Shown one piece after another: positions 60,808 through 64,000 of a stretch of DNA of 64,000 nucleotides; within the stretch, counting starts at the first letter, position 1, and each line of letters begins with the position of its first letter. The stretch is from an uncultured delta proteobacterium (GTDB lineage: Bacteria > Myxococcota_A > Polyangia > Haliangiales > Haliangiaceae). A program made the translations under genes and the position numbers. The notes beneath the pieces are model-generated. The model did no database searches, was not told where the DNA came from, and was given only the letters and a program-made list of their open reading frames with translations. The stretch covers positions 1,472,001 to 1,536,000 of the forward strand of contig CAWKDB010000010.1 of the NCBI GenBank assembly GCA_963848295.1, written 5' to 3'.

Positions 60808-61746
60808 ATGCCCGACACGACTAACAAGCGCTCGTACTCGGCCGGCCACTTCCAGCTCGACATCGACGGGCAGGAGACGACCGCGTATCTCAAGACCGTC
60901 GACGGCGGTTACGTCAAGGCGACGACGATCGACGAGCCGATCGGGCCGTACAACCTGCGGGTCAAGCACACGTCGGTCACCGACATCGATCCGATCTCGT
61001 TCGAGTTCGGCCTCGCCGGCTCGAACCACGTGCTCGAGTGGATCCGCTCGTCGTGGAAGAAGCAGTGGAGCCGGCGCAACGGCCAGATCACGCACGCCGA
61101 CTTCAACATGTACCGGACGTTCGAGCACGAGTTCACGCAGGCGCTGATCACCGAGACGACGTTCCCCTCGCTCGACGCCGCGTCGAAAGAGGCCGCATAC
61201 ATCAAGGTCAAGCTCCAGCCCGAAGCGGTCGCGCATCGCAAGCCGAAGAGCGCGACTCAGATCCGGCCGAAGATCGGCCCGAAACAAAAGATGTGGGTGC
61301 CGTCGGCGTTCCAGCTCAAGATCGACGGCATCGATGGGCTCGAGTGGGTCAGCAAGATCGAGTCGTTCACGATCAAGCAGGGCGTGAAGTGGCTCAAGCC
61401 CGGCGACGAGAAGTATCGCGCACACGGTCAGGTCGAGCCGACGAAGATCGAGTTCCCGAACCTGGTGTGCTCGATGTCGCTCCAGTACGCCGACGCGGTC
61501 CTCAAGTGGTACGAGGACGCGGTCGTCGTGGGCCAGAGCGACGACACGTCGCAGCGCAACGGCTCGATCGAGTTCCTCGATCCGACGCGCAAGAAGGTGC
61601 TGTTCCGGCTCAAGCTGTCCGAGGTCGGGATCTTCCATCTCGCGATGGAGCAATCGACCGCGAACGCCGAGGCGATCAAGAAGATCAAGTTCCAGTTGTT
61701 CGTCGGAGAGATGGATCTCGACGGCAACCTGGGGATGGACTCCTAG
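60808..61746 (+). CDS. Tandem T4 gp19/Afp-like tail-tube domain protein
   Basis: Two repeats: HFQLDIDG..W..RRNGQI and AFQLKIDG..W..QRNGSI. Confidence 0.7.
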   Translation: MPDTTNKRSYSAGHFQLDIDGQETTAYLKTVDGGYVKATTIDEPIGPYNLRVKHTSVTDIDPISFEFGLAGSNHVLEWIRSSWKKQWSRRNGQITHADFNMYRTFEHEFTQALITETTFPSLDAASKEAAYIKVKLQPEAVAHRKPKSATQIRPKIGPKQKMWVPSAFQLKIDGIDGLEWVSKIESFTIKQGVKWLKPGDEKYRAHGQVEPTKIEFPNLVCSMSLQYADAVLKWYEDAVVVGQSDDTSQRNGSIEFLDPTRKKVLFRLKLSEVGIFHLAMEQSTANAEAIKKIKFQLFVGEMDLDGNLGMDS

Positions 61747-61782
61747 CAACAACGCGATCCCTCCGCATCGCCGCCTCCCATC

Positions 61783-63333
61783 TCATTTCGTCGTGAGATT
61801 GACGGGTGCGCTCTTGATCACGTTCTTGTCGGCGTCGACGGCGAGTACGGTCAGTCGGTGTGCGCCGGTGCTCATGGAATAGCTCGTGCTCAACGTGGTC
61901 GCCCCGTTCGCCGGATACACGTTGCCGAGCTTGGTGCCGTCGAGCCATGCCTCGAAGTGACCGAGCCCGATCTCGCCCGAATACGAAGCCTCGACGGGAA
62001 CGGGGCTCGAGACGGTTGCACCTTGGGCGGGCTCGTGCACCGTGACCGAGCCCAGCGAAGCCGTCGAGTCTTCGAACGGGATCGTGTACGCGTTGTATCC
62101 ATCCGTTCGAGTCGCGACCGGCACCACGGGATGGCCCGACGAGTCCTTCGGGAATCGCGAAGGATGGTCGGCCGCCGGCGGCGAATACGTGAACGTCTTC
62201 AACGTGCCGGCCGATGGCGAAATCGTGTACATGCGGAGATAGCCATTTCCGAAATACCCGTTTTTGCCCTGACCTTGGTAGTCCGAGACGATCTGATCGA
62301 TGCGCTGCCCCGTCGGTGCGATCTCGGTTCGATAGCCGACGCCGTTGTTATCGGGAGCGATCGTGCCGGGATTCGGCCCCCTGAAATGACCATTGACGAC
62401 CAGCACGATGTTCTTGTGAAGGGACACGAACTTCGTCCACATGTCATCGCCGTTGTTGCCGTTGTCGCACGACGCCGTGACCGCCTTCGGGCACGCATGG
62501 GCGCCGGTACAGATCTCTGCGCACGACGGAGAGAGATGATACGACTCGGCGGAGTCGGGATCACCGAGCTTGACGCGATGCCCGCTACCGGGTGCGCCCG
62601 TGTCGGGAAACAAGTAGGCATGCATCGCGACGATGACCGGCAGATCTGGATTGTCGTTCAGGATCGTATTGGCCCACGCCAACACCGAATCGCGCGGATA
62701 GAACTCGAGTGCCATCACGAGATAGTTCTTCCCGCCGAGCTCGACGATGTTGTAGAAGTTCGCATTGCTGGTTGGGTTCATCCGGCCGCCGTGAAACCAA
62801 CTCTTGCCCGCGTAGCGGCTCGGACCAAACCATTTGTCGAAGTTGCTCGTGCTTCGTGATTGGGGAAGTCCGTCGTTGTGCTCGGCCTCGCAATCGTAGT
62901 CGTGATTACCGATCGCCATCTCATAGGGGATGTTCGCGTCGTCGAGCAGCTTGATCGCGTTGTCGGCGCGCGTCCATTGCGTCGCAGAGCTTGCCTCGGG
63001 CGCGATTCGGCAAGCGAGCTCGCCGCTCGGGCGTGACCCGCCGTCGTCGGTGATATCGCCGAGCCCGATCACGAGCTGGATCTTCTTGTCGGCGTCGTCG
63101 TGATGCGCGACGACCCAGCTCACCTGATCATTGAATGGCCACGAGTAATGCGAGTTCGCCGGGTCAGGATATCCAGACGAGTAGTACTGAGTATCCGGCA
63201 GCACGACGATCGAAAACGAGTCTGCAGAGAGTGCTTCGGTCGAGCTCGTCTCAGACGTGTCGGACGTGTCTGCGCAGGAGGCGACGGACAGCATCGTTAC
63301 AGCGACGCAACACACAGCGATCCGAGTTCTCAT
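61783..63333 (-). CDS. Metallophosphoesterase lipoprotein with C-terminal Ig-like domain
   Basis: PDTQ, GDITD, GNHD, MHAY, NGH; GAHRLTVLAVD Ig strand. Confidence 0.85.
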   Translation of the reverse strand: MRTRIAVCCVAVTMLSVASCADTSDTSETSSTEALSADSFSIVVLPDTQYYSSGYPDPANSHYSWPFNDQVSWVVAHHDDADKKIQLVIGLGDITDDGGSRPSGELACRIAPEASSATQWTRADNAIKLLDDANIPYEMAIGNHDYDCEAEHNDGLPQSRSTSNFDKWFGPSRYAGKSWFHGGRMNPTSNANFYNIVELGGKNYLVMALEFYPRDSVLAWANTILNDNPDLPVIVAMHAYLFPDTGAPGSGHRVKLGDPDSAESYHLSPSCAEICTGAHACPKAVTASCDNGNNGDDMWTKFVSLHKNIVLVVNGHFRGPNPGTIAPDNNGVGYRTEIAPTGQRIDQIVSDYQGQGKNGYFGNGYLRMYTISPSAGTLKTFTYSPPAADHPSRFPKDSSGHPVVPVATRTDGYNAYTIPFEDSTASLGSVTVHEPAQGATVSSPVPVEASYSGEIGLGHFEAWLDGTKLGNVYPANGATTLSTSYSMSTGAHRLTVLAVDADKNVIKSAPVNLTTK

Positions 63334-63500
63334 GTGCGGTGCCCTGAGCAAATGGCGCGCCGACACCTACATCGAGCCGTTTCAAACGAAGTTCATGCGT
63401 TGGCGCCGTGCTTCGCGGGGGAAGTCTCCCCACGTGGCGGGCGAATACCTCATTTGCTTTGGCAACGTGACAACGACGTAACACCTGCAGCTCGTCGGAG

Positions 63501-64000
63501 TTAGCCACTCGCGGCGACGAGCAGGTCGTAGATCACGTGCGCGTAGACCGCGTGCGCCAGCGAGCGGTACCAGCAGATCAAACCGAACGCGGCACCCGCG
63601 ACGCTGCGGAACGCGAAGGCGTGCAGCGACCACGGCTCGCCACCGGGCCCGACGTGGTGCGCCGCCGCGAAGAGCAACGACGTCGTGACCAGCGCGATCG
63701 GCAGCGCGACTCGGGTCCGGCCGAGCATCGCGACGACCCCACACATCAGACCGAGCCGAAACACGAGCTCCTCGTGGACCCCGGCGCCGAGCGCGCCGAC
63801 GACGCTGCGCGCCGACAAGCCAAGCCCGAGGACGCGGTGGATCACCATCGTGACGACCGCGCCGAGCACGACCGCGTAGATCGCCGCTTCGACGACGACC
63901 GGCGCCCAGGACTCGAGCCGCAGCGCGTGCCAGCGCCGCTCGTGGCGGATCCACACCAGGAAGCCGAGCGCGATCGCCGCGTGCAGGATGAGGTAGCCGG
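63501..64000 (-). CDS. CPBP family intramembrane protease (5'-truncated by window edge)
   Basis: HEELVFR, FAAAHH, AVYAH. Confidence 0.85.
   Translation of the reverse strand, partial: GYLILHAAIALGFLVWIRHERRWHALRLESWAPVVVEAAIYAVVLGAVVTMVIHRVLGLGLSARSVVGALGAGVHEELVFRLGLMCGVVAMLGRTRVALPIALVTTSLLFAAAHHVGPGGEPWSLHAFAFRSVAGAAFGLICWYRSLAHAVYAHVIYDLLVAASG

Noticed and set aside
60808..61746. Prophage
   Set aside because: Single tail-like gene; no integrase, capsid, terminase or att sites.
61783..63500. Possible horizontally acquired patch with more A/T-ending codons
   Set aside because: Only an impression by eye, and no mobility signatures.

Overview
High-GC chromosomal window, very probably from a myxobacterium (Myxococcota). 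Support for that: a MYXO-CTERM protein, a CarD/CdnL gene, a Zn-ribbon/GYF/TPR protein, a PilH/PilI-like ABC pair and many lipoproteins. It holds about 55 genes: housekeeping (gltX, purE/purK, Sua5/TsaC, a partial nuo operon A-B-C-D-G-H-I with four apparent frameshifts), signalling (two-component pair, FIST plus kinase, PilZ, MshEN-REC-TPR) and secreted enzymes. No rRNA, tRNA, CRISPR, transposase or reverse transcriptase was recognised. The most unusual feature is an island at about 28.9-31.3 kb with two divergent copies of one cassette. Each cassette is a ~190-nt rod-like hairpin element followed by a 106-107 aa four-helix-bundle (23S rRNA IVP / Avd-like) gene and a small 3' hairpin. The two hairpins share a conserved core, while their outer stems differ in sequence yet still pair. 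Three long (GGCNNC)n microsatellite tracts flank and separate the cassettes. Other oddities: NuoH fused to a lipoprotein cupredoxin-like domain, an orphan tandem tail-tube gene, and a metal-finger ParA with an RHH partner. All family calls are by eye; no database searches were run.
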